From assembly GCA_964016885.1 (NCBI GenBank), contig OZ024764.1, positions 5,580,001 through 5,644,000 on the forward strand: a stretch of 64,000 bases of DNA, in the 5' to 3' direction. This document shows positions 15,001 through 30,000 of this stretch, piece after piece (the first letter of the stretch is position 1; each line of letters opens with the position of its first letter). The position numbers were made by a program, and so were the translations under genes. The notes under the pieces were generated by a model. It was not told the origin of the DNA. It saw only the letters and a list, made by a program, of their open reading frames with translations, and searched no databases. This DNA comes from Eledone cirrhosa. Taxonomy: Eukaryota.

Positions 15001-18000
15001 CCTGTTTCTCTCTAGATATACCTACTGCTGTAGTCTCACATTTAGACCTGTTTCTCTCTAGATATACCTATTGATATAGTCTTACATTTAGACCTGTATC
15101 TCTCTAGATATACCTACTGCTATAGTCTCACATTTAGACCTCTTTCTCTCTAGATATACCTACTGCTATAGTCTCACATTTAGACCTGGTTCTCTTTAGA
15201 TGTACCTACTGATATAGTCTCACATTTAGACCTGTTTCTCTCTAGATGTACCTACTGCTATAGTCTTACATTTAGACCTGTTTCTCTCTAGATGTACCTA
15301 CTGCTATAGTCTCACATTTAGACCTGTTTCTCTCTAGATATACCTACTGCTATAGTCTCACATTTAGACCTGTCTCTCTCTAGATATACCTACTGCTATA
15401 GTCTCACATTTAGACCTCTTTCTCTCTAGATATACCTACTGTTATAGTCTTACATTTAGACCTGTTTCTCTCTAGATATACCTACTGCTGTAGTCTCACA
15501 TTTAGACCTGTTTCTCTCTAGATGTACCTACTGCTATAGTCTTACATTTAGACCTATTTCTCTCTAGATATACCTACTGCTATAGTCTCACTTTAGACCT
15601 GTTTCTCTCTAGATATACCTACTGCTATAGTCTCACATTTAGACCTGTTTCTCTCTAGATGTACCTACCGCTATAGTCTCACATTTAGACCTGTTTCTCT
15701 CTAGATATACCTACTGCTGTAGTCTCACATTTAGACCTGTTTCTCTCTAGATATACCTACTGCTGTCGTCTCATATTTAGACCTGTTTCTCTCTAGATAT
15801 ACCTACTGCTATAGTCTTACATTTAGACCTGTTTCTCTCTAGATATACCTAGTGCTGTAGTCTCACATTTAGACCTGTTTCTCTCTAGATGTACCTACTG
15901 CTATAGTCTCACATTTAGACCTGTTTCTCTCTAGATATACCTACTGCTATAGTCTTACATTTAGACCTGTTTCTCTCTAGATATACCTACTGCTATAGTC
16001 TTACATTTAGACCTGTTTTTCTCTCGATATACCTACAACTATAGTCTCACATTTAGACCTATTTCAATCTAGATATACTTACTGATATAGTCTTACATTT
16101 AGACCTGTTTCTCTCTAGATATACCTACTGCAATGGTCTTACATTTAGACCTGTTTCTCTCTAGATATACCTACTGCTATAGTCTCACATTTAGACCTGT
16201 TTCTCTCTAGATGTACCTACTGCTATAGTCTCACATTTAGACCTGTTTCTCTCTAGATATACCTACTGCTATAGTCTTACATTTAGACCTGTTTCTCTCT
16301 AGATATACCTACTGCTATAGTCTTACATTTAGACCTGTTTCCCTCTAGATATACCTACTGCTATAGTCTCACATTTAGACCTATTTCTCTCTAGATATAC
16401 CTACTGATATAGTCTTACATTTAGACCTGTTTCTCTCTAGATATACCTACTGCAATGGTCTTACATTTAGACCTGTTTCTCTCTAGATATACCTACTGCT
16501 ATCGTCTCACATTTAGACCTGTTTCTCTCTAGATGTACCTACTGCTATAGTCTCACATTTAGACCTGTTTCTCTCTAGATATACCTACTGCTGTAGTCTC
16601 ACATTTAGACCTGTTTCTCTCTAGATAGACCTACTGCTATAGTCTCACATTTAGACCCGTTTCTCTCTAGATATACCTACTGCTATAGTCTTACATTTAG
16701 ACCTGCTTCTCTCTAGATATACCTACTGCTATAGTCTCACATTTAGACCTGTTTCTCTCTAGATATACCTACTGCTATAGTCTCACATTTAGACCGCTTT
16801 CTCTCTAGATATACCTACTGTTATAGTCTTACATTTAGACCTGTTTCTCTCTAGATATACCTACTGCTGTAGTCTCACATTTAGACCTGTTTCTCTCTAG
16901 ATATACCTACTGCTATAGTCTCACATTTAGACCCGTTTCTCTCTAGATATACCTACTGCTATAGTCTTACATTTAGACCTGCTTCTCTCTAGATATACCT
17001 ACTGCTATAGTCTCACATTTAGACCTGTCTCTCTCTAGATATGCCTACTACTATAGTCTCACATTTAGACCTCTTTCTCTCTAGATATACCTACTGTTAT
17101 AGTCTTACATTTAGACCTGTTTCTCTCTAGATATACCTACTGCTGTAGCCTCACGTTTAGACCTGTTTCTCTCTAGATATACCTATTGATATAGTCTTAC
17201 ATTTAGACCTGTATCTCTCTAGATATACCTACTGCTATAGTCTCACATTTAGACCTCTTTCTCTCTAGATATACCTACTGCTATAGTCTCACATTTAGAC
17301 CTGGTTCTCTTTAGATGTACCTACTGATATAGTCTCACATTTAGACCTGTTTCTCTCTAGATGTACCTACTGCTATAGTCTTACATTTAGACCTGTTTCT
17401 CTCTAGATGTACCTACTGCTATAGTCTTACATTTAGACCTGTTTCTCTCTAGATGTACCTACTGCTATAGTCTTACATCTAGACCTGTTTCTCTCTAGAT
17501 ATACCTACTGCTGTAGTCTCACATTTAGACCTGTTTCTCTCTAGATGTACCTACTGCTATAGTCTCACATTTAGACCTGTTTCTCTCTAGATATACCTAC
17601 TGATATACTCTTACATTTAGACCTGTTTCTCTCTAGATATACCTACTGCTGTAGTCTCACATTTAGACCTGTTTCTCTCTAGATATACCTACTGCTATAG
17701 TCTTACATTTAGACCTGTTTCTCTCTAGATATCCCTACTGCTGTAGTCTCACATTTAGACCTGTTTCTCTCTAGATATACCTACTGCTATAGTCTCACAT
17801 TTAGACCTGTTTCTCTCTAGATATACCTACTGCTATAGTCTTACATCTAGACCTGTTTCTCTCTAGATATACCTACTGCTGTAGTCTCACATTTAGACCT
17901 GTTTCTCTCTAGATGTACCTACTGCTATAGTCTCACATTTAGACCTGTTTCTCTCTAGATATACCTACTGATATAGTCTTACATTTAGACCTGTTTCTCT

Positions 18001-21000
18001 CTAGATATACCTACTGATATAGTCTTACATTTAGACCTGTTTCTCTCTACATGTATTTACTGCTATAGTCTCACATTTAGACCTGTTTCTCTCTAGATAT
18101 ACCTACTGCTATAGTCTTACATTTAGACCTGTTTCTCTCTAGATATACCTACAACTATAGTCTCACATTTAGACCTATTTCAATCTAGATATACCTACTG
18201 ATATAGTCTGACATTTAGACCTGTTTCTCTCTAGATATACCTACTGCAATGGTCTTACATTTAGACCTGTTTCTCTCTAGATATACCTACTGCTATAGTC
18301 TCACATTTAGACCTATTTCTCTCTAGATATACCTACTGATATAGTCTTACATTTAGACCTGTTTCTCTCTAGATATACCTACTGCAATGTTCTTACATTT
18401 AGACCTGTTTCTCTCTAGATATACCTACTGCTATAGTCTCACATTTAGACCTGTTTCTCTCTAGATGTACCTACTGCTATAGTCTCACATTTAGACCTGT
18501 TTCTCTCTAGATGTACCTACTGCTATAGTCTCACATTTAGACCGGTTTCTCTCTAGATATACCTACTGCTGTAGTCTCACAGTTAGACCTGTTTCTCTCT
18601 AGATATACCTACTGCTATAGTCTTACATTTAGACCTGTCTCTCTTTAGAAATACCTACTGCTATAGTCTCACATTTAGACCTCTTTCTCTCTAGATATAC
18701 CTACTGCTATAGTCTTACATTTAGACCTGTTTCTCTCTAGATATACCTACTGCTGTAGTCTCACATTTAGACCTGTTTCTCTCTAGATGTATCTACTGCT
18801 ATAGTCTTATATTTAGACCTGTTTCTCTCTAGATATATCTACTGCTATAGTCTTATATTTAGACCTGTTTCTCTCTAGATATACCTACTGCTATAGTCTC
18901 ACATTTAGACCTGTTTCTCTCTAGATATACCTACTGCTATAGTCTCACATTTAGACCTGTTTCTCTCTAGATGTACCTACCGCTATAGTCTCACATTTAG
19001 ACCTGTTTCTTTCTAGATATACCTACTGCTATAGTCTTACATTTAGACCTGTTTCTCTCTAGATATACCTACTGCTGTCGTCTCACATTTAGACCTGTTT
19101 CTCTCTAGATATACCTACTGCTATAGTCTTACATTTAGACCTGTTTCTCTCTAGATATACCTACTGCTGTAGTCTCACATTTAGACCTGTTTCTCTCTAG
19201 ATGTACCTACTGCTATAGTCTCACATTTAGACCTGTTTCTCTCTAGATATACCTACTGATATAGTCTTACATTTAGACCTGTTTCTCTCTAGATGTACCT
19301 ACTGCTACAGTCTCACATTTAGACCTGTTTCTCTCTAGATATACCTACTGCTATAGTCTTACATTTAGACCTGTTTCTCTCTAGATATACCTACTGCTAT
19401 AGTCTTACATTTAGACCTGTTTCTCTCTTGATATACCTACAACTATAGTCTCACATTTAGACCCGTTTCTCTCTAGATATACCTACTGCTGTAGTTTCAC
19501 ATTTAGACCTGTTTCTCTCTAGATGTACCTACTGCTATAGTCTGACATTTAGACCTGTTTCTCTCTAGATATACCTACTGCTATAGTCTTACATTTAGAC
19601 CTGTTTCTCTCTAGATATACCTACTGCTATAGTCTTACATTTAGACCTGTTTCTCTCTTGATATACCTACAACTATAGTCTCACATTTAGACCTATTTCA
19701 ATCTAGATATACCTACTGATATAGTCTTACATTTAGACCTGTTTCTCTCTAGATATACCTACTGCAATGGTCTTACATTTAGACCTGTTTCTCTCTAGAT
19801 ATACCTACTGCTGTCGTCTCACATTTAGACCTGTTTCTCTCTAGATATACCTACTGCTGTAGTCTCACATTTAGACCTGTTTCTCTCTAGATGTACCTAC
19901 TGCTATAGTCTCACATTTAGACCTCTTTCTTTCTAGATATACCTACTGTTATAGTCTTACATTTAGACCTGTTTCTCTCTAGATATACCTACTGCTGTAG
20001 TCTCACATTTAGACCTGTTTCTCTCTAGATGTATCTACTGCTATAGTCTTATATTTAGACCTGTTTCTCTCTAGATATACCTACTGCTATAGTCTCACAT
20101 TTAGACCTGTTTCTCTCTAGATATACCTACTGCTATAGTCTCACATTTAGACCTGTTTCTCTCTAGATGTACCTACCGCTATAGTCTCACATTTAGACCC
20201 GTTTCTCTCTAGATATACCTACTGCTATAGTCTTATATTTAGACCTGTTTCTCTCTAGATATACCTACTGCTGTCGTCTCACATTTAGATCTGTTTCTCT
20301 CTAGATATACCTACTGCTATAGTCTTACATTTAGACCTGTTTCTCTCTAGATATACCTACTGCTGTAGTCTCACATTTAGACCTGTTTCTCTCTAGATGT
20401 ACCTACTGCTATAGTCTGACATTTAGACCTGTTTCTCTCTAGATATACCTACTGCTATAGTCTTACATTTAGACCTGTTTCTCTCTAGATATACCTACTG
20501 CTATAGTCTTACATTTAGACCTGTTTCTCTCTTGATATACCTACAACTATAGTCTCACATTTAGACCTATTTCAATCTAGATATACCTACTGATATAGTC
20601 TTACATTTAGACCTGTTTCTCTCTAGATATACCTACTGCAATGGTCTTACATTTAGACCTGTTTCTCTCTAGATATACCTACTGCTATAGTCTCACATTT
20701 AGACCTGTTTCTCTCTAGATGTACCTACTGCTATAGGCTCACATTTAGACCTGTTTCTCTCTAGATATACCTACTGCTGTAGTCTCACATTTAGACCTGT
20801 TTCTCTCTAGATATACCTACTGCAATGGTCTTACATTTAGACCTGTTTCTCTCTAGATATACCTACTGCTATAGTCTCACATTTAGACCTGTTTCTCTCT
20901 AGATGTACCTACTGCTATAGTCTCACATTTAGACCTGTTTCTCTCTAGATATACCTACTGCTATAGTCTTACATTTAGACCTGTTTCTCTCTAGATATAC

Positions 21001-24000
21001 CTACTGCTATAGTCTTACATTTAGACCTGTTTCTCTCTTGATATACCTACAACTATAGTCTCACATTTAGACCTATTTCAATCTAGATATACCTACTGAT
21101 ATAGTCTTACATTTAGACCTGTTTCTCTCTAGATATACCTACTGCAATGGTCTTACATTTAGACCTGTTTCTCTCTAGATATACCTACTGCTATAGTCTC
21201 ACATTTAGACCTGTTTCTCTCTAGATGTACCTACTGCTATAGTCTCACATTTAGACCTGTTTCTCTCTAGATATACCTACTGCTATAGTCTTACATTTAG
21301 ACCTGTTTCTCTCTAGATATACCTACTGCTATAGTCTTACATTTAGACCTGTTTCTCTCTCGATATACCTACAACTATAGTCTCACATTTAGACCTATTT
21401 CAATCTAGATATACCTACTGATATAGTCTTACATTTAGACCTGTTTCTCTCTAGATATACCTACTGCAATGGTCTTACATTTAGACCTGTTTCTCTCTAG
21501 ATATACCTACTGCTATAGTCTCACATTTAGACCTATTTCTCTCTAGATATACCTACTGATATAGTCTTACATTTAGACCCGTTTCTCTCTAGATATACCT
21601 ACTGCAATGGTCTTACATTTAGACCTGTTTCTCTCTAGATATACCTACTGCTATAGTCTCACATTTAGACCTGTTTCTCTCTAGATGTACCTACTGCTAT
21701 AGTCTCACATTTAGACCTGTTTCTCTCTAGATATCCCTACTGCTGTAGTCTCACATTTAGACCTGTTTCTCTCTAGATATACCTACTGCTATAGTCTTAC
21801 ATTTAGACCTGTTTCTCTCTAGATATACCTACAACTATAATCTCACATTTAGACCTATTTCAATCTAGATATACCTACTGATATAGTCTTACATTTAGAC
21901 CCGTTTCTCTCTAGATATACCTACTGCAATGGTCTTACATTTAGACCTGTTTCTCTCTAGATATACCTACTGCTATAGTCTCACATTTAGACCTATTTCT
22001 CTCTAGATATACCTACTGATATAGTCTTACATTTAGACCTGTTTCTCTCTAGATATACCTACTGCAATGGTCTTACATTTAGTTCTGTTTCTCTCTAGAT
22101 ATACCTACTGCTATAGTCTCACATTTAGACCTGTCTCTCTCTAGATATGCCTACTACTATAGTCTCACATTTAGACCTGTTTCTCTCTAGATATACCTAC
22201 TGTTATAGTATTACATTTAGACCTGTTTCTCTCTAGATATCCCTACTGCTGTAGTCTCACATTTAGACCTGTTTCTCTCTAGATATACCTACTGCTATAG
22301 TCTTACATTTAGACCTGTTTCTCTCTAGATATACCTACAACTATAGTCTCACATTTAGACCTATTTCAATCTAGATATACCTACTGATATAGTCTTACAT
22401 TTAGACCCGTTTCTCTCTAGATATACCTACTGCAATGGTCTTACATTTAGACCTGTTTCTCTCTAGATATACCTACTGCTATAGTCTTACATTTAGACCT
22501 ATTTCTCTCTAGATATACCTACTGTTATAGTATTACATTTAGACCTGTTTCTCTCTAGATATACCTACTGCTGTAGTCTCACATTTAGACCTGTTTCTCT
22601 CTAGATATACCTATTGATATAGTCTTAAATTTAGACCTGTATCTCTCTAGATATACCTACTGCTATAGTCTCACATTTAGACCTCTTTCTCTCTAGATAT
22701 ACCTACTGCTATAGTCTCACATTTAGACCTGGTTCTCTTTAGATGTACCTACTGATATAGTCTCACATTTACACCTGTTTCTCTCTAGATGTACCTACTG
22801 CTATAGTCTTACATTTAGACCTGTTTCTCTCTAGATGTACCTACTGCTATAGTCTTACATTTAGACCTGTTTCTCTCTAGATGTACCTACTGCTATAGTC
22901 TTACATTTAGACCTGTTTCTCTCTAGATGTACCTACTGCTATAGTCTCACATTTAGACCTGTTTCTCTCTAGATGTACCTACTGATATAGTCTCACATGT
23001 AGACCTGTTTCTTTCTAGATATACCTACTGCTATAGTCTTATATTTAAACCTGTTTCTCTCTAGATATACCTACTGCTATAGTCTCACATTTAGACCTGT
23101 TTCTCTCTAGATATACCTACTGCTATAGTCTTACATTTAGACCTGTTTCTCTCTAGATATACCTACTGCTATAGTCTCACATTTAGACCTGTTTCTCTCT
23201 AGATGTACCTACCGCTATAGTCTCACATTTAGACCTGTTTCTCTCTAGATATACCTACTGCTATAGTCTTACATTTAGACCTGTTTCTCTCTAGATATAC
23301 CTACTGCTGTCGTCTCACATTTAGACCTGTTTCTCTCTAGATATACCTACTGCTATAGTCTTACATTTAGACCTGTTTCTCTCTAGATATACCTACTGCT
23401 ATAGTCTCACATTTAGACCCGTTTCTCTCTAGATATACCTGCTGCTATAGTCTTACATTTAGACCTGCTTCTCTCTAGATATACCTACTGCTATAGTCTC
23501 ACATTTAGACCTGTTTCTCTCTAGATATACCTACTGCTGTAGTCTCACATTTAGACCTGTTTCTCTCTAGATATACCTACTGCTATAGTCTCACATTTAG
23601 ACCTGTTTCTCTCTAGATATACCTACTGCTATAGTCTCACATTTAGACCTGTTTCTCTCTAGATATACCTACTGCTATAGTCTCACATTTAGACCTGTTT
23701 CTCTCTAGATGTACCTACTGCAATAGTCTCACATTTAGACCTGTTTCTCTCTAGATATACCTACTGCTATAGTCTTACATTTAGACCTGTTTCTCTCTAG
23801 ATATACCTACTGCTATAGTCTTACATTTAGACCTGTTTCTCTCTCGATATACCTACAACTATAGTCTCACATTTAGACCTATTTCAATCTAGATATACCT
23901 ACTGATATAGTCTTACATTTAGACCTGTTTCTCTCTAGATATACCTACTGCAATGGTCTTACATTTAGACCTGTTTCTCTCTAGATATACCTACTGCTAT

Positions 24001-27000
24001 AGTCTCACATTTAGACCTGTTTCTCTCTAGATGTACCTACTGCTATAGTCTCACATTTAGACCTGTTTCTCTCTAGATATACCTACTGCTATAGTCTTAC
24101 ATTTAGACCTGTTTCTCTCTAGATATACCTACTGCTGTAGTCTTACATTTAGACCTGTTTCCCTCTAGATATACCTACTGCTATAGTCTCACATTTAGAC
24201 CTATTTCTATCTAGATATACCTACTGATATAGTCTTACATTTAGACCCGTTTCTCTCTAGATATACCTACTGCAATGGTCTTACATTTAGACCTGTTTCT
24301 CTCTAGATATACCTACTGCTATAGTCTCACATTTAGACCTGTTTCTCTCTAGATGTACCTACTGCTATAGTCTCACATTTAGACCTGTTTCTCTCTAGAT
24401 ATCCCTACTGCTGTAGTCTCACATTTAGACCTGTTTCTCTCTAGATATACCTACTGCTATAGTCTTACATTTAGACCTGTTTCTCTCTAGATATACCTAC
24501 AACTATAGTCTCACATTTAGACCTATTTCAATCTAGATATACCTACTGATATAGTCTTACATTTAGACCCGTTTCTCTCTAGATATACCTACTGCAATGG
24601 TCTTACATTTAGACCTGTTTCTCTCTAGATATACCTACTGCTATAGTCTCACATTTAGACCTATTTCTCTCTAGATATACCTACTGATATAGTCTTACAT
24701 TTAGACCTGTTTCTCTCTAGATATACCTACTGCAATGGTCTTACATTTAGTTCTGTTTCTCTCTAGATATACCTACTGCTATAGTCTCACATTTAGACCT
24801 GTCTCTCTCTAGATATGCCTACTACTATAGTCTCACATTTAGACCTGTTTCTCTCTAGATATACCTACTGTTATAGTCTTACATTTAGACCTGTTTCTCT
24901 CTAGATATACCTACTGCTGTAGTCTCACATTTAGACCTGTTTCTCTCTAGATATACCTATTGATATAGTCTTAAATTTAGACCTGTATCTCTCTAGATAT
25001 ACCTACTGCTATAGTCTCACATTTAGACCTCTTTCTCTCTAGATATACCTACTGCTATAGTCTCACATTTAGACCTGGTTCTCTTTAGATGTACCTACTG
25101 ATATAGTCTCACATTTACACCTGTTTCTCTCTAGATGTACCTACTGCTATAGTCTTACATTTAGACCTGTTTCTCTCTAGATGTACCTACTGCTATAGTC
25201 TTACATTTAGACCTGTTTCTCTCTAGATGTACCTACTGCTATAGTCTTACATTTAGACCTGTTTCTCTCTAGATGTACCTACTGCTATAGTCTTACATTT
25301 AGACCTGTTTCTCTCTAGATGTACCTACTGATATAGTCTCACATGTAGACCTGTTTCTTTCTAGATATACCTACTGTTATAGTCTTACATTTAGAACTGT
25401 TTCTCTCTAGATATACCTACTGCTGTAGTCTCGCATTTAGACCTGTTTCTCTCTAGATGTATCTACTGCTATAGTCTTATATTTAGACCTGTTTCTCTCT
25501 AGATATACCTACTGCTATAGTCTCACATTTAGACCTGTTTCTCTCTAGATATACCTACTGCTATAGTCTCACATTTAGACCTGTTTCTCTCTAGATGTAC
25601 CTACCGCTATAGTCTCACATTTAGACCTGTTTCTCTCTAGATATACCTACTGCTATAGTCTTACATTTAGACCTGTTTCTCTCTAGATATACCTACTGCT
25701 GTCGTCTCACATTTAGACCTGTTTCTCTCTAGATATACCTACTGCTATAGTCTTACATTTAGACCTGTTTCTCTCTAGATATACCTACTGCTGTAGTCTC
25801 ACATTTAGACTTGTTTCTCTCTAGATGTACCTACTGCTATAGTCTCACATTTAGACCTGTTTCTCTCTAGATATACCTACTGATATAGTCTTACATTTAG
25901 ACCTGTTTCTCTCTAGATGTACCTACTGCTATAGTCTCACATTTAGACCTGTTTCTCTCTAGATATACCTACTGCTATAGTCTTACATTTAGACCTGTTT
26001 CTCTCTAGATATACCTACTGCTATAGTCTTACATTTAGACCTGTTTCTCTCTTGATATACCTACAACTATAGTCTCACATTTAGACCTATTTCAATCTAG
26101 ATATACCTACTGATATAGTCTTACATTTAGACATGTTTCTCTCTAGATATACCTACTGCAATGGTCTTACATTTAGACCTGTTTCTCTCTAGATATACCT
26201 ACTGCTATAGTCTCACATTTAGACCTGTTTCTCTCTAGATGTACCTACTGCTATAGTCTCACATTTAGACCTGTTTCTCTCTAGGTATACCTACTGCTAT
26301 AGTCTTACATTTAGACCTGTTTCTCTCTAGATATACCTACTGCTATAGTCTTACATTTAGACCTGTTTCCCTCTAGATATACCCACTGCTATAGTCTCAC
26401 ATTTAGACCTATTTCTCTCTAGATATACCTACTGATATAGTCTTACATTTAGACCTGTTTCTCTCTAGATATACCTACTGCAATGGTCTTACATTTAGAC
26501 CTGTTTCTCTCTAGATATACCTACTGCTATAGTCTCACATTTAGACCTGTTTCTCTCTAGATATACCTACTGCTATAGTCTCACATTTAGACCTGTTTCT
26601 CTCTAGATATACCTACTGCTATAGTCTCACATTTAGACCTGTTTCTCTCTAGATATACCTACTGCTATAGTCTCACGTTTAGACCTGTTTCTCTCTAGAT
26701 GTACCTACTGCTATAGTCTCACATTCAGACCTGTTTCTCTCTAGATATACCTACTGCTATAGTCTTACATTTAGACCTGTTTCTCTCTAGATATACCTAC
26801 TGCTATAGTCTTACATTTAGACCTGTTTCTCTCTCGATATACCTACAACTATAGTCTCACATTTAGACCTATTTCAATCTAGATATACCTACTGATATAG
26901 TCTTACATTTAGACCTGTTTCTCTCTAGATATACCTACTGCAATGGTCTTACATTTAGACCTGTTTCTCTCTAGATATACCTACTGCTATAGTCTCACAT

Positions 27001-30000
27001 TTAGACCTGTTTCTCTCTAGATGTACCTACTGCTATAGTCTCACATTTAGACCTGTTTCTCTCTAGATATACCTACTGTTATAGTCTTACATTTAGACCT
27101 GTTTCTCTCTAGATATACCTACTGCTGTAGTCTTACATTTAGACCTGTTTCCCTCTAGATATACCTACTGCTATAGTCTCACATTTAGACCTATTTCTCT
27201 CTAGATATACCTACTGATATAGTCTTACATTTAGACCTGTTTCTCTCTAGATATACCTACTGCAATGGTCTTACATTTAGACCTGTTTCTCTCTAGATAT
27301 ACCTACTGCTATAGTCTCACATTTAGACCTGTTTCTCTCTAGATGTACCTACTGCTATAGTCTCACATTTAGACCTGTTTCTCTCTAGATATACCTACTG
27401 CAATGGTCTTACATTTAGACCTATTTCTCTCTAGATATACCTACTGATATAGTCTTACATTTAGACCTGTTTCTCTCTAGATATACCTACTGCAATGGTC
27501 TTACATTTAGTCCTGTTTCTCTCTAGATATACCTACTGCTATAGTCTCACATTTAGACCCGTTTCTCTCTAGATATACCTACTGCTATAGTCTTACATTT
27601 AGACCTGCTTCTCTCTAGATATACCTACTGCTGTAGTCTCACATTTAGACCTGTCTCTCTCTAGATATGCCTACTACTATAGTCTCACATTTAGACCTCT
27701 TTCTCTCTAGATATACCTACTGTTATAGTCTTACATTTAGACCTGTTTCTCTCTAGATATACCTACTGCTGTAGTCTCACATTTAGACCTGTTTCTCTCT
27801 AGATATACCTATTGATATAGTCTTACATTTAGACCTGTATCTCTCTAGATATACCTACTGCTATAGTCTCACTTTTAGACCTCTTTCTCTCTAGATATAC
27901 CTACTGCTATAGTCTCACATTTAGACCTGGTTCTCTTTAGATGTACCTACTGATATAGTCTCACATTTACACCTGTTTCTCTCTAGATGTACCTACTGCT
28001 ATAGTCTTACATTTAGACCTGTTTCTCTCTAGATGTACCTACTGCTATAGTCTCACATTTAGACCTGTTTCTCTCTAGATATACCTACTGCTATAGTCTC
28101 ACATTTAGACCTGTCTCTCTCTAGATATACCTACTGCTATAGTCTTACATTTAGACCTGCTTCTCTCTAGATATACCTACTGCTGTAGTCTCACATTTAG
28201 ACCTGTCTCTCTCTAGATATACCTACAACTATAGTCTCACATTTAGACCTATTTCAATCTAGATATACCTACTGATATAGTCTTACATTTAGACCTGTTT
28301 CTCTCTAGATATACCTACTGCAATGGTCTTACATTTAGACCTGTTTCTCTCTAGATATACCTACTGCTATAGTCTCACATTTAGACCTGTTTCTCTCTAG
28401 ATGTACCTACTGCTATAGTCTCACATTTAGACCTGTTTCTCTCTAGATATACCTACTGCTATAGTCTTACATTTAGACCTGTTTCTCTCTAGATATACCT
28501 ACTGCTGTAGTCTTACATTTAGACCTGTTTCCCTCTAGATATACCTACTGCTATAGTCTCACATTTAGACCTATTTCTCTCTAGATATACCTACTGATAT
28601 AGTCTTACATTTAGACCCGTTTCTCTCTAGATATACCTACTGCAATGGTCTTACATTTAGACCTGTTTCTCTCTAGATATACCTACTGCTATAGTCTCTC
28701 ATTTAGACCTGTTTCTCTCTAGATGTACCTACTGCTATAGTCTCACATTTAGACCTGTTTCTCTCTAGATATACCTACTGCTGTAGTCTCACATTTAGAC
28801 CTGTTTCTCTCTAGATATACCTACTGCTATAGTCTTACATTTAGACCTGTTTCTCTCTAGATATACCTACAACTATAGTCTCACATTTAGACCTATTTCA
28901 ATCTAGATATACCTACTGATATAGTCTTACATTTAGACCCGTTTCTCTCTAGATATACCTACTGCAATGGTCTTACATTTAGACCTGTTTCTCTCTAGAT
29001 ATACCTACTGCTATAGTCTCACATTTAGACCTATTTCTCTCTAGATATACCTACTGATATAGTCTTACATTTAGACCTGTTTCTCTCTTGATATACCTAC
29101 TGCAATGGTCTTACATTTAGTTCTGTTTCTCTCTAGATATACCTACTGCTATAGTCTCACATTCAGACCCGTTTCTCTCTAGATATACCTACTGCTATAG
29201 TCTTACATTTAGACCTGCTTCTCTCTAGATATACCTACTGCTATAGTCTCACATTTAGACCTGTCTCTCTCTAGATATGCCTACTACTATAGTCTCACAT
29301 TTAGACCTCTTTCTCTCTAGATATACCTACTGTTATAGTCTTACATTTAGACCTGTTTCTCTCTAGATATACCTACTGCTGTAGTCTCACATTTAGACCT
29401 GTTTCTCTCTAGATATACCTATTGATATAGTCTTCAATTTAGACCTGTATCTCTCTAGATATACCTACTGCTATAGTCTCACATTTAGACCTCTTTCTCT
29501 CTAGATATACCTACTGCTATAGTCTCACATTTAGACCTGGTTCTCTTTAGATGTACCTACTGATATAGTCTCACATTTACACCTGTTTCTCTCTAGATGT
29601 ACCTACTGCTATAGTCTTACATTTAGACCTGTTTCTCTCTAGATGTACCTACTGCTATAGTCTTACATTTAGACCTGTTTCTCTCTAGATGTACCTACTG
29701 CTATAGTCTTACATTTAGACCTGTTTCTCTCTAGATGTACCTACTGCTATAGTCTTACATTTAGACCTGTTTCTCTCTAGATGTACCTACTGATATAGTC
29801 TCACATGTAGACCTGTTTCTTTCTAGATATACCTACTGTTATAGTCTTACATTTAGAACTGTTTCTCTCTAGATATACCTACTGCTGTAGTCTCGCATTT
29901 AGACCTGTTTCTCTCTAGATGTATCTACTACTATAGTCTTATATTTAGACCTGTTTCTCTCTAGATATACCTACTGCTATAGTCTCACATTTAGACCTGT

